A stretch of DNA of 64,000 nt. Source: Eledone cirrhosa. Lineage: Eukaryota. The notes under the pieces are model-generated. The model searched no databases and had not been told where the DNA came from. It saw only the letters and a program-made list of their open reading frames with translations. The translations under genes were made by a program, and so were the position numbers. The stretch spans positions 243,226,001 through 243,290,000 of the forward strand of contig OZ024743.1 in the NCBI GenBank assembly GCA_964016885.1, read 5' to 3'. Shown here piece after piece: positions 29,101-43,500 of this stretch (the first letter of the stretch is position 1; every line of letters begins with the position of its first letter).

Positions 29101-32100
29101 TAGTAGACACAGCTGTACCAACTAAAATGGTTTGGTATAATTTTAGTAGCCACAGCTGTACCAACCAAAATGATTTGGTATAATTGTAGTGGACACAGAT
29201 GTACCAACCAAAATGGTTTGGTATAATTTTATTAGACATAGCTGTACCAACCAAAATGGTTTGGTATAATTGTAGTAGACACAGCTGTACCAACCAAAAT
29301 GGTTTGGTATAATTTTAGTACCCACAGCTGTACCAACTAAAATACTTTGGTATAATTGTAGTAGACACAGACACAGATGTACCAACCAAAATGGTTTGGT
29401 ATAATTGTAGTAGACACAGCTGTACCAATCAAAATGGTTTGGTATAATTGTAGTAGCCACAGCTGTACCAACCAAAATGGTTTGGTATAATTGTAGTAGC
29501 CACAGCTGTACCAACCAAAATGGTTTGGTATAATTGTAGTAGACACAACTGTACCAACCAAAATGGTTTGGTATAATTGTAGCAGCCACAGCTGTACCAA
29601 CCAAAATGGTTTGGTATAATTGTAGTTGACACAGCTGTACCAACTAAAATGGTTTGGTATAATTTTAGTAGCCACAGCTGTAACAACCAAAATGGTTTGG
29701 TATAATTGTAGTAGACACAAGGCACTTTATCAACCAAAATGGTTTGGTATAATTGTAGTAGACACAACTGTACCAACCAAAATGGTTTAGTAATATTGTA
29801 GTAGACACGGAACTGTACCAACCAAAATGATTTGGTATAATTGTAGTAGACACAGCTGTACCAACCAAAATGGTTTGGTATAATTGTAGTAAACACAGCT
29901 GTACCACCCAAAATGGTTTGGTTTAATTGTAGTAGACACAGCTGTACCAACCAAAATGGTTTGGTATAATTGTAGTAGACACAGTTGTACCAACCAAAAT
30001 GGTTTGGTATAATTGTAGTAGACACAGCTGTACCAACCAAAATGGTTTGGTATAATTGTAGTAGACACAGCTGTACCAACCAAAATGGTTTGGTATAATT
30101 TTAGTAGCTACAGATGTACCAACTAAAATGCTTTGGTATAATTGTAGTAGACACAGCTGTACCAACCAAAATGGTTTGGTATAATTGTAGTAGACTCAGC
30201 TGTACCAACCAAAATGGTTTGGTATAATTGTAGTAGCCACAGCTGTACCAACCAAAATGGTTTGGTATAATTGTAGTAGCCACAGCTGTACCAACCAAAA
30301 TGGTTTGGTATAATTGTAGTAGACACAACTGTACCAACCAAAATGGTTTGGTATAATTGTAGTAGCCACAGCTGTACCAACTAAAATGCTTTGGTATAAT
30401 TGTAGTAGACACAGCTGTACCAACCAAAATGGTTTGTTATAATTGTAGTAGACACAGCTGTACCAACCAAAATGGTTTGGTATAATTTTAGTAGCCACAG
30501 ATGTACCAACCCAATGGTTTGGTATAATTGTAGTAGCCACAGCTGTACCAACCAAAATGGTTTGGTATAATTGTAGTAGACACAGCTGTACCAACCAAAA
30601 TGGTTTGGTATAATTCTAGTAGACACAGCTGTACCAACCAAAATGGTTTGGTATAATATTAGTAGCCACAGCTGTACCAACCAAAATGGTTTGGTATAAT
30701 TTTAGTAGCCACAGCTGTACCAACCAAAATGGTTTGGTATAATTGTAGTAGCCACAGCTGTACCAACCAAAATGGTTTGGTATAATTGTAGTAGCCACAG
30801 CTGTACCAACCAAAATGGTTTGGTATAATTGTAGTAGACAGAGCTGTACCAACCAAAATGGTTTGGTATAATTTTAGTAGCCACAGCTGTACCAACTAAA
30901 ATGCTTTGGTATAATTGTAGTAGCCACAGCTGTACCAACCAAAATGGTTCGTTATAATTGTAGTAGACACAGCTGTACCAACGAAAATGGTTTGGTAATA
31001 TTGTAGTAGACACAGAACTGTACCAACTAAAATGATTTGGTATAATTGTAGTAGACACAGAACTGTATCAACCAAAATGGTTTGGTATAATTGTAGTAGA
31101 CACAGCTGTACCAACCAAAATGGTTTAGTAATATTGTAGTAGACACAGAACTGTACCAACTAAAATGATTTGGTATAATTGTAGTAAACACAGAACTGTA
31201 CCAACCAAAATGGTTTGGTATAATTGTAGTAGACACAGCTGTACCAACCAAAATGGTTTGGTATAATTGTAGTAGACACAGCTGTACCAACCAAAATAGT
31301 TTGGTATAATTGTAGTAGACACAGCTGTACCAACCAAAATGGTTTGGTATAATTGTAGTAGACACAAGGCACTGTATGAACCAAAATGGTTTGGTATAAT
31401 TGTAGTGGACACAGCTGTACCAACCAAAATGATTTGGTTTAATTGTAGTAGACACAGCTGTACAAACTAAAATGGTTTGGTATAATTTTAGTAGACACAG
31501 CTGTACCAACTAAGATGGTTTGGTATAATTGTAGTAGACACAGAACTGTACCAACCAAAATGGTTTGGTATAATTGTAGTAGCCGCAGCTGTACCAACCA
31601 AAATGGTTTGGTATAATTGTAGTAGACACAGCTGTACCAACCAAAATGGTTTGGTGTAATTGTAGTAGACACAGCTGTACCAACCAAAATGGTTTGGTAT
31701 AATTGTAGGAGACACAAGGCACTTTATCAACCAAAATGGTTTGGTATAATTGTAGTAGACACAGCTGTACCAACCAAAATGGTTTAGTAATATTGTAGTA
31801 GACACAGAATTGTACCAACCAAAATGATTTCGTATAATTGTAGTAGACACAGCCATACCAACCAAAATGGTTTGGTATAATTGTAGTAGACACAGCTGTA
31901 CCAACCAAAATGGTTTGGTATAATTGTAGTAGACACAGCTGTACCAGCCAAAATGGTTTGGTATAATTGTAGTAAACACAGCTGTACCACCCAAAATGGT
32001 TTGGTTTAATTGTAGTAGACACAGCTGTACCAACCAAAATGGTTTGGTATAATTGTAGTAGACACAGCTGTACCAACCAAAAGGGTTTGGTATAATTGTA

Positions 32101-32399
32101 GTAGACACAGCTGTACCAACCAAAATGGTTTGGTATAATTGTAGTAGACACAGCTGTACCAACCAAAATGGTTTGGTATAATTTTAGTAGCCACAGCTGT
32201 ACCAACCAAAATTGTTTGGTATATATTGTAGTAGCCACAGCTGTATCAACCAAAATGGTTTGGTATAATTGTAGTAGACACAGCTGTACCAACTAAAATG
32301 GTTTGGTATAATTTTAGTAGCCACAGCTGTACCAACCAAAATGATTTGGTATAATTGTAGTGGACACAGATGTACCAACCAAAATGGTTTGGTATAATT
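26114..32399. repeat. Tandem higher-order duplication, period 3,127 rising to 3,171 bp (about 26114-29228 and 29241-32399)
   Basis: ORF offsets 26302/29429 (3,127) and 27856/31027 (3,171). Private 49-bp monomer GACACAGACACAGATGTACC at ~26237 and ~29364. Copies differ by scattered SNPs and about one monomer. Confidence 0.9.
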
Positions 32400-35300
32400 G
32401 TAGTAGACACAGAACTGTACCAACCAAAATGGTTTGGTATAATTGTAGTAGCCACAGCTGTACCAACCAAAATGGTTTGGTATAATTGTAGTAGACACAG
32501 CTGTACCAACCAAAATGGTTTGCTATAATTGTAGTAGACACAGCTGTACCAACCAAAATGGTTTGGTATAATTGTAATAGACACAAGGCACTTTATCAAC
32601 CAAAATGGTTTGGTATAATTGTAGTAGACACAACTGTACCAACCAAAATGGTTTAGTAATATTGTAGTAGACACAGAACTGTACCAACCAAAATGATTTG
32701 GTATAATTGTACTAGACACAGCTGTACCAACCAAAATGGTTTGGTATAATGGTAGTAAACACAGCTGTACCACCCAAAATGGTTTGGTTTAATTGTAGTA
32801 GACACAGCTGTACCAACCAAAATGGTTTGGTATAATTGTAGTAGACGCGGCTGTACCAACCAAAATGGTTTGGTATAATTGTAGTAGACACAGCTGTACC
32901 AACCAAAATGGTTTGGTATAATTTTAGTAGCCACAGCTGTACCAACTAAAATGCTTTGGTATAATTGTAGTAGACACATCTGTACCAACCAAAATGGTTT
33001 GGTATAATTGTAGTAGACAGCTGTACCAACCAAAATGGTTTGGTATAATTTTAGTAGCCACAGCTGTACCAACCAGAATGGTTTGTTATAATTGTAGTAG
33101 CCACAGCTGTACCAACCAAAATGGTTTGGTATAATTGTAGTAGACACAGCTGTACCAACCAAAATGGTTTGGTATAATTGTAGTAGCCACAGCTGTACCA
33201 GCCAAAATGGTTTGGTATAATTGTAGTAGACACAGCTGTACCAACCAAAATGGTTTGGTATAATTGTAGTAGACACAGCTGTACCAACCAAAATGGTTTG
33301 GTATAATTGTAGTAGACACAAGGCACTGTATCAACCAAAATGGTTTCGTATAATTTTAGTAGCCACAGCTGTAGGAACTAAAATGCTTTGGTATAATTGT
33401 AGTAGACACAGCTGTACCAACCAAAATGGTTTGGTATAATTGTAGTAAACACAGCTGTACCAACTAAAATGATTTGGTATAATTGTAGTAGACACAGAAC
33501 TGTATCAACCAAAATGGTTTGGTATAATTGTAGTAGACACAGCTGTACCAACCAAAATGGTTTAGTAATATTGTATTAGACACAGAACTGTACCAACTAA
33601 AATGATTTGGTATAATTGTAGTAAACACAGAACTGTACCAACCAAAATGGTTTGGTATAATTGTAGTAGACACAGCTGTACCAACCAAAATGGTTTGGTA
33701 TAATTGTAGTAGACACAGCTGTACCAACCAAAATGGTTTGGTATAATTGTAGTAGACACAGCTGTACCAACCAAAATGGTTTGGTATAATTGTAGTAGAC
33801 ACAGAACTGTACCAACCAAAATGGTTTGGTATAATTGTAGTAGCCACAGCTGTACCAACCAAAATGGTTTGGTATAATTGTAGTAGACACAGCTGTACCA
33901 ACCAAAATGGTTTGGTATAATTGTAGTAGACACAGCTGTACCAACCAAAATGGTTTGGTATAATTGTAGTAAACACAGCTGTATTACCCAAAATGGTTTG
34001 GTTTAATTGTAGTAGACACAGCTGTACCAACCAAAATGGTTTGGTATAATTGTCGTAGACACAGCTGTATCAACCAAAATGGTTTGGTATAGTTATAGTA
34101 GCCACAGCTGTACCAACCAAAATGGTTTGGTATAATTGTAGTAGACACAACTGTACCAACCAAAATGGTTTGGTATAATTGTAGTAGCCACAGCTGTACC
34201 AACTAAAATGCTTTGGTATAATTGTAGTAGACACAGCTGTACCAACCAAAATGGTTTGTTATAATTGTAGTAGACACAGCTGTACCAACCAAAATGGTTT
34301 GGTATAATTTTAGTAGCCACAGATGTACCAACCCAATGGTTTGGTATAATTGTAGTAGCCACAGCTGTACCAACCAAAATGGTTTGGTATAATTGTAGTA
34401 GACACAGCTGTACCAACCAAAATGGTTTGGTATAATTCTAGTAGACACAGCTGTACCAACCAAAATGGTTTGGTATAATATTAGTAGCCACAGCTGTACC
34501 AACCAAAATGGTTTGGTATAATTTTAGTAGCCACAGCTGTACCAACCAAAATGGTTTGGTATAATTGTAGTAGCCACAGCTGTACCAACCAAAATGGTTT
34601 GGTATAATTGTAGTAGCCACAGCTGTACCAACCAAAATGGTTTGGTATAATTGTAGTAGACAGAGCTGTACCAACCAAAATGGTTTGGTATAATTTTAGT
34701 AGCCACAGCTGTACCAACTAAAATGCTTTGGTATAATTGTAGTAGCCACAGCTGTACCAACCAAAATGGTTCGTTATAATTGTAGTAGACACAGCTGTAC
34801 CAACGAAAATGGTTTGGTAATATTGTAGTAGACACAGAACTGTACCAACTAAAATGATTTGGTATAATTGTAGTAGACACAGAACTGTATCAACCAAAAT
34901 GGTTTGGTATAATTGTAGTAGACACAGCTGTACCAACCAAAATGGTTTAGTAATATTGTAGTAGACACAGAACTGTACCAACTAAAATGATTTGGTATAA
35001 TTGTAGTAAACACAGAACTGTACCAACCAAAATGGTTTGGTATAATTGTAGTAGACACAGCTGTACCAACCAAAATGGTTTGGTATAATTGTAGTAGACA
35101 CAGCTGTACCAACCAAAATAGTTTGGTATAATTGTAGTAGACACAGCTGTACCAACCAAAATGGTTTGGTATAATTGTAGTAGACACAAGGCACTGTATG
35201 AACCAAAATGGTTTGGTATAATTGTAGTGGACACAGCTGTACCAACCAAAATGATTTGGTTTAATTGTAGTAGACACAGCTGTACAAACTAAAATGGTTT

Positions 35301-37960
35301 GGTATAATTTTAGTAGACACAGCTGTACCAACTAAGATGGTTTGGTATAATTGTAGTAGACACAGAACTGTACCAACCAAAATGGTTTGGTATAATTGTA
35401 GTAGCCGCAGCTGTACCAACCAAAATGGTTTGGTATAATTGTAGTAGACACAGCTGTACCAACCAAAATGGTTTGGTGTAATTGTAGTAGACACAGCTGT
35501 ACCAACCAAAATGGTTTGGTATAATTGTAGGAGACACAAGGCACTTTATCAACCAAAATGGTTTGGTATAATTGTAGTAGACACAGCTGTACCAACCAAA
35601 ATGGTTTAGTAATATTGTAGTAGACACAGAATTGTACCAACCAAAATGATTTCGTATAATTGTAGTAGACACAGCCATACCAACCAAAATGGTTTGGTAT
35701 AATTGTAGTAGACACAGCTGTACCAACCAAAATGGTTTGGTATAATTGTAGTAGACACAGCTGTACCAGCCAAAATGGTTTGGTATAATTGTAGTAAACA
35801 CAGCTGTACCACCCAAAATGGTTTGGTTTAATTGTAGTAGACACAGCTGTACCAACCAAAATGGTTTGGTATAATTGTAGTAGACACAGCTGTACCAACC
35901 AAAAGGGTTTGGTATAATTGTAGTAGACACAGCTGTACCAACCAAAATGGTTTGGTATAATTGTAGTAGACACAGCTGTACCAACCAAAATGGTTTGGTA
36001 TAATTTTAGTAGCCATAGCTGTACCAACCAAAATTGTTTGGTATATATTGTAGTAGCCACAGCTGTATCAACCAAAATGGTTTGGTATAATTGTAGTAGA
36101 CACAGCTGTACCAACTAAAATGGTTTGGTATAATTTTAGTAGCCACAGCTGTACCAACCAAAATGATTTGGTATAATTGTAGTGGACACAGATGTACCAA
36201 CCAAAATGGTTTGGTATAATTGTAGTAGACACAGAACTGTACCAACCAAAATGGTTTGGTATAATTGTAGTAGCCACAGCTGTACCAACCAAAATGGTTT
36301 GGTATAATTGTAGTAGACACAGCTGTACCAACCAAAATGGTTTGCTATAATTGTAGTAGACACAGCTGTACCAACCAAAATGGTTTGGTATAATTGTAAT
36401 AGACACAAGGCACTTTATCAACCAAAATGGTTTGGTATAATTGTAGTAGACACAACTGTACCAACCAAAATGGTTTAGTAATATTGTAGTAGACACAGAA
36501 CTGTACCAACCAAAATGATTTGGTATAATTGTACTAGACACAGCTGTACCAACCAAAATGGTTTGGTATAATGGTAGTAAACACAGCTGTACCACCCAAA
36601 ATGGTTTGGTTTAATTGTAGTAGACACAGCTGTACCAACCAAAATGGTTTGGTATAATTGTAGTAGACGCGGCTGTACCAACCAAAATGGTTTGGTATAA
36701 TTGTAGTAGACACAGCTGTACCAACCAAAATGGTTTGGTATAATTGTAGTAGACACAGCTGTACCAACCAAAATGGTTTGGTATAATTGTAGTAGACACA
36801 GCTGTACCAACTAAAATGCTTTGGTATAATTGTAGTAGACACATCTGTACCAACCAAAATGGTTTGGTATAATTGTAGTAGACAGCTGTACCAAACAAAA
36901 TGGTTTGGTATAATTTTAGTAGCCACAGCTGTACCAACCAGAATGGTTTGTTATAATTGTAGTAGCCACAGCTGTACCAACCAAAATGGTTTGGTATAAT
37001 TGTAGTAGACACAGCTGTACCAACCAAAATGGTTTGGTATAATTGTAGTAGCCACAGCTGTACCAACCAAAATGGTTTGGTATAATTGTAGTAGACACAG
37101 CTGTACCAACCAAAATGGTTTGGTATAATTGTAGTAGACACAGCTGTACCAACCAAAATGGTTTGGTATAATTGTAGTAGACACAAGGCACTGTATCAAC
37201 CAAAATGGTTTCGTATAATTTTAGTAGCCACAGCTGTAGGAACTAAAATGCTTTGGTATAATTGTAGTAGACACAGCTGTACCAACCAAAATGGTTTGGT
37301 ATAATTGTAGTAAACACAGCTGTACCAACTAAAATGATTTGGTATAATTGTAGTAGACACAGAACTGTATCAACCAAAATGGTTTGGTATAATTGTAGTA
37401 GACACAGCTGTACCAACCAAAATGGTTTAGTAATATTGTATTAGACACAGAACTGTACCAACTAAAATGATTTGGTATAATTGTAGTAAACACAGAACTG
37501 TACCAACCAAAATGGTTTGGTATAATTGTAGTAGACACAGCTGTACCAACCAAAATGGTTTGGTATAATTGTAGTAGACACAGCTGTACCAACCAAAATG
37601 GTTTGGTATAATTGTAGTAGACACAGCTGTACCAACCAAAATGGTTTGGTATAATTGTAGTAGACACAGAACTGTACCAACCAAAATGGTTTGGTATAAT
37701 TGTAGTAGCCACAGCTGTACCAACCAAAATGGTTTGGTATAATTGTAGTAGACACAGCTGTACCAACCAAAATGGTTTGGTATAATTGTAGTAGACACAG
37801 CTGTACCAACCAAAATGGTTTGGTATAATTGTAGTAAACACAGCTGTATTACCCAAAATGGTTTGGTTTAATTGTAGTAGACACAGCTGTACCAACCAAA
37901 ATGGTTTGGTATAATTGTCGTAGACACAGCTGTATCAACCAAAATGGTTTGGTATAGTTA
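30274..37960. repeat. Tandem higher-order duplication, period 3,822 rising to 3,865 bp (about 30274-34095 and 34096-37960)
   Basis: ORF offsets 30381/34203 and 31027/34849 (3,822), 33464/37329 (3,865 = +1 monomer). Private variants AACCCAATGG, GTAGGAACT, the 41-bp monomer and TATAGTTATAG are shared. Confidence 0.92.
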
Positions 37961-39069
37961 TAGTAGCCACAGCTGTACCAACCAAAATGGTTTGGTATAA
38001 TTGTAGTAAACACAGCTGTACCAACCAAAATGGTTTGGTATATTTGTAGTAGACACAGCTGTACCAACCAAAATGGTTTGGTATAATTGTAGTAGACACA
38101 AGGCACTGTATCAACCAAAATGGTTTGGTATAATTTTAGTAGCCACAGCTGTACCAACTAAAATGCGTTGGTATAATTGTAGTAGACACAACTGTACCAA
38201 CCAAAATGGTTTGTTATAATTGTAGTAGACACGGCTGTACCAACCAAAATGGTTTGGTATAATTGTAGTAAACACAGCTGTACCAACTAACATGATTTGG
38301 TATAATTGTAGTAGACACAGAACTGTATCAACCAAAATGGTTTGGTATAATTGTAGTAGACACAGCTGTACCAACCAAAATGGTTTAGTAATATTGTAGT
38401 AAACACAGAACTGTACCAACTAAAATGATTTGGTATAATTGTAGTAAACACAGAACTGTACCAACCAAAATGGTTTGGTACAATTGTAGTAGACACAGCT
38501 GTACCAACCAAAATGGTTTGGTATAATTGTAGTAGACACAGCTGTACCAACCAAAATGGTTTGGTATAATTGTAGTAGACACAGAACTGTACCAACCAAA
38601 ATGGTTTGGTATAATTGTAGTAGCCACAGCTGTACCAACCAAAATGGTTTGGTATAATTGTAGTAGCCACAGCTGTACCAACCAAAATGGTTTGGTATAA
38701 TTGTAGTACACACAGCTGTACCAACCAAAATGGTTTTGTATAATTGTAGTAGACACAGAACTGTACCAACCAAAATGGTTTGGTATAATTGTAGTAGCCA
38801 CAGCTGTACCAACCAAAATGTTTTGGTATAATTGTAGTAGACACAGCTGTACCAACCAAAATGGTTTTGTATAATTGTAGTAGATACAGCTGTACCAAGT
38901 AAAATGGTTTGGTATAATTTTAGTAGCCACAGCTGCACCAACCAAAATGGTTTGGTATAATTGTAGTAGACACAGCTGTACCAACCAAAATGGTTTGGTA
39001 TAATTGTAGTAGACACAAAACTGTACCAACCAAAATGGTTTGGTATAATTGTAGTGGACACAGCTGTAC

Positions 39070-40530
39070 CAACCAAAATGGTTTGGTATAATTGTAGTAG
39101 ACACAGCTGTACCAACCAAAATGGTTTGGTATAATTGTAGTAGACACAGCTGTACCAACCAAAATGGTTTCGTATAATTGTAGTAGGCACAGCTGTACCA
39201 ACCAAAATGGTTTGGTATAATTGTAGTAGACACAGCTGTACGAACCAAAATGGTTTGGTATAATTGTAGTAGACACAGCTGTACCAACTAAAATGCTTTG
39301 GTATAATTGTAGTAGACACAGCTGTACCAACTAAAATGGTTTGGTATAATTTTAGTAGCCACAGCTGTACCAACCAAAATGGTTTGGTATAATTGTAGTA
39401 GACACAGCTGTACCAACCAAAATGGTTTGGTATAATTGTAGTAGACACAGCTGTACCAACCAAAATGGTTTAGTAATATTGTAGTAGACACAGAACTGTA
39501 CCAACCAAAATGATTTGGTATAATTGTAGTAGACACAGCTGTACCAACCAAAATGGTTTGGTATAATGGTAGTAAACACAGCTGTACCACCCAAAATGGT
39601 TTGGTTTAATTGTAGTAGACACAGCTGTACCAACCAAAATGGTTTGGTATAATTGTAGTAGACACAGCTGTACCAACCAAAATGGTTTGGTATAATTGTA
39701 GTAGACACAGCTGTACCAACCAAAATGGTTTGGTATAATTTTAGTAGCCACAGCTGTACCAACTAAAATGCTTTGGTATAATTGTAGTAGACACATCTGT
39801 ACCAACCAAAATGGTTTGGTATAATTGTAGTAGACACAGCTGTACCAACCAAAATGGTTTGGTATAATTGTAGTAGACACAGCTGTACCAACCAAAATGG
39901 TTTCGTATAATTGTAGTAGACACAGCTGTACCAACCAAAATGGTTTGGTATAATTGTAGTAGACACAGCTGTACGAACCAAAATGGTTTGGTATAATTGT
40001 AGTAGACACAGCTGTACCAACTAAAATGCTTTGGTATAAATGTAGTAGACACAGCTGTACCAACTAAAATGGTTTGGTATAATTTTAGTAGCCACAGCTG
40101 TACCAACCAAAATGGTTTGGTATAATTGTAGTAGACACAGCTGTACCAACCAAAATGGTTTGGTATAATTGTAGTAGACACAACTGTACCAACCAAAATG
40201 GTTTAGTAATATTGTAGTAGACACAGAACTGTACCAACCAAAATGATTTGGTATAATTGTAGTAGACACAGCTGTACCAACCAAAATGGTTTGGTATAAT
40301 GGTAGTAAACACAGCTGTACCACCCAAAATGGTTTGGTTTAATTGTAGTAGACACAGCTGTACCAACCAAAATGGTTTGGTATAATTGTAGTAGACACAG
40401 CTGTACCAACCAAAATGGTTTGGTATAATTGTAGTAGACACAGCTGTACCAACCAAAATGCTTTGGTATAATTTTAGTAGCCACAGCTGTACCAACTAAA
40501 ATGCTTTGGTATAATTGTAGTAGACACAGC
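39070..40530. repeat. Tandem duplication, 733-bp period (17 monomers including one 45-bp)
   Basis: ORFs 39288/40021 and 39352/40085 offset 733. Shared TTTCGTATAA (~39168/39901) and ATAATGGTAGTAAAC (~39563/40296). Boundaries approximate. Confidence 0.85.
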
Positions 40531-43500
40531 TGTACCAACCAAAATGGTTTGGTATAATTGTAGTAGACACAGCTGTACCAACCAAAATGGTTTGGTATAA
40601 TTGTAGTAAACACAGCTGTACCAACTAAAATGATTTGGTATAATTGTAGTAGACACAGAACTGTATCAACCAAAATGGTTTGGTATAATTGTAGTAGACA
40701 CAGCTGTACCAACCAAAATGGTTTAGTAATATTGTAGTAGACACAGAACTGTACCAACTAAAATTATTTGGTATAATTGTAGTAAACACAGAACTGTACC
40801 AACCAAAATGGTTTGGTATAATTGTAGTAGACACAGCTGTACCAACCAAAATGGTTTGGTATAATTGTAGTAGACACAGCTGTACCAACCAAAATGGTTT
40901 GGTATAATTGTAGTAGACACAGAACTGTACCAACCAAAATGGTTTGGTATAATTGTAGTAGCCACAGCTGTACCAACCAAAATGGTTTGGTATAATTGTA
41001 GTAGACACAGCTGTACCAACCAAAATGGTTTGGTATAATTGTAGTAGACACAGCTGTACCAACCAAAATGGTTTGGTATAATTGTAGTAAACACAGCTGT
41101 ATTACCCAAAATGGTTTGGTTTAATTGTAGTAGACACAGCTGTACCAACCAAAATGGTTTGGTATAATTGTCGTAGACACAGCTGTACCAACCAAAATGG
41201 TTTGGTATAATTATAGTAGACACAGCTGTACCAACCAAAATGGTTTGGTATAATTGTAGTAGACACAGCTGTACCAACCAAAGTGGTTTGGTATAATTTT
41301 AGTAGCCACAGCTGTACCAACCAAAATGGTTTGGTATAATTGTAGTAAACACAGCTGTACCAACCAAAATGGTTTGGTATAATTGTAGTAGACACAGCTG
41401 TACCAACCAAAATGGTTTGGTATAATTGTAGTAGACACTGCTGTACCAACCAAAATGGTTTGGTATAATTGTAGTAGACACAAGGCACTGTATCAACCAA
41501 AATGGTTTGGTATAATTTTAGTAGCCACAGTGTACCAACTAAAATGCTTTGGTATAATTGTAGTAGACACAGCTGTACCAACCAAAATGGTTTGTTATAA
41601 TTGTAGTAGACACGGCTGTACCAACCAAAATGGTTTGGTATAATTGTAGTAAACACAGCTGTACCAACTAAAATGATTTGGTATAATTGTAGTAGACACA
41701 GAACTGTATCAACCAAAATGGTTTGGTATAATTGTAGTAGACACAGCTGTACCAACCAAAATGGTTTAGTAATATTGTAGTAAACACAGAACTGTACCAA
41801 CTAAAATGATTTGGTATAATTGTAGTAAACACAGAACTGTACCAACCAAAATGGTTTGGTATAATTGTAGTAGACACAGCTGTACCAACCAAAATGGTTT
41901 GGTATAATTGTAGTAGACACAGCTGTACCAACCAAAATGGTTTGGTATAATTGTAGTAGACACAGAACTGTACCAACCAAAATGGTTTGGTATAATTGTA
42001 GTAGCCACAGCTGTACCAACCAAAATGGTTTGGTATAATTGTAGTAGCCACAGCTGTACCAACCAAAATGGTTTGGTATAATTGTAGTAGACACAGCTGT
42101 ACCAACCAAAATGGTTTTGTATAATTGTAGTAGACACAGAACTGTACCAACCAAAATGGTTTGGTATAATTCTAGTAGCCACAGCTGTACCAACCAAAAT
42201 GTTTTGGTATAATTGTAGTAGACACAGCTGTACCAACCAAAATGGTTTTGTATAATTGTAGTAGATACAGCTGTACCAAGTAAAATGGTTTGGTATAATT
42301 TTAGTAGCCACAGCTGTACCAACCAAAATGGTTTGGTATAATTGTAGTAGACACAGCTGTACCAACCAAAATGGTTTGGTATAATTGTAGTAGACACAAA
42401 ACTGTACCAACCAAAATGGTTTGGTATAATTGTAGTGGACACAGCTGTACCAACCAAAATGGTTTGGTATAATTGTAGTAGACACAGCTGTACCAACCAA
42501 AATGGTTTGGTATAATTGTAGTAGACACAGCTGTACCAACCAAAATGGTTTCGTATAATTGTAGTAGACACAGCTGTACCAACCAAAATGGTTTGGTATA
42601 ATTGTAGTAGACACAGCTGTACGAACCAAAATGGTTTTGTATAATTGTAGTAGACACAGCTGTACCAACTAAAATGCTTTGGTATAATTGTAGTAGACAC
42701 AGCTGTACCAACTAAAATGGTTTGGTATAATTTTAGTAGCCACAGCTGTACCAACCAAAATGGTTTGGTATAATTGTAGTAGACACAGCTGTACCAACCA
42801 AAATGGTTTGGTATAATTGTAGTAGACACAGAACTGTACCAACCAAAATGGTTTGGTATAATTGTAGTAGCCACATCTGTACCAACCAAAATGGTTTGGT
42901 ATAATTGTAGTAGACACAGCTGTACCAACCAAAATGGTTTGGTATAATTGTAATAGACACAGAACTGTACCAACCAAAATGGTTTGGAATAATTGTAGTA
43001 GCCACAGCTGTACCAACCAAAGTGGTTTGGTATAATAGTAGTAGACACAGCTGTACCACCCAAAATGGTTTGGTTTAATTGTAGTAGACACAGCTGTACC
43101 AACCAAAATGGTTTGGTATAATTGTAGTAGACACAGCTGTACCAACCAAAATGGTTTGGTATAATTGTAGTAGACACAGCTGTACCAACCAAAATGGTTT
43201 GGTATAATTTTAGTAGCCACAGCTGTACCAACTAAAATGCTTTGGTATAATTGTAGTAGACACAGCTGTACCAACCAAAATGGTTTGGTATAATTGTAGT
43301 AGACACAGCTGTACCAACCAAAATGGTTTGGTATAATTGTAGTAAACACAGCTGTACCAACTAAAATGATTAGGTATAATTGTAGTAGACACAGAACTGT
43401 ATCAACCAAAATGGTTTGGTATAATTGTAGTAGACACAGCTGTACCAACCAAAATGGTTTAGTAATATTGTAGTAGACACAGAACTGTACCAACTAAAAT

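Noticed and set aside
41521-41540. Singleton 1-bp deletion monomers (41521 GCCACAGTGTACC; also ~27701 and ~62005)
   Set aside because: Single occurrences not shared with paralogous copies where those exist; cannot be distinguished from sequencing error or ordinary mutation.
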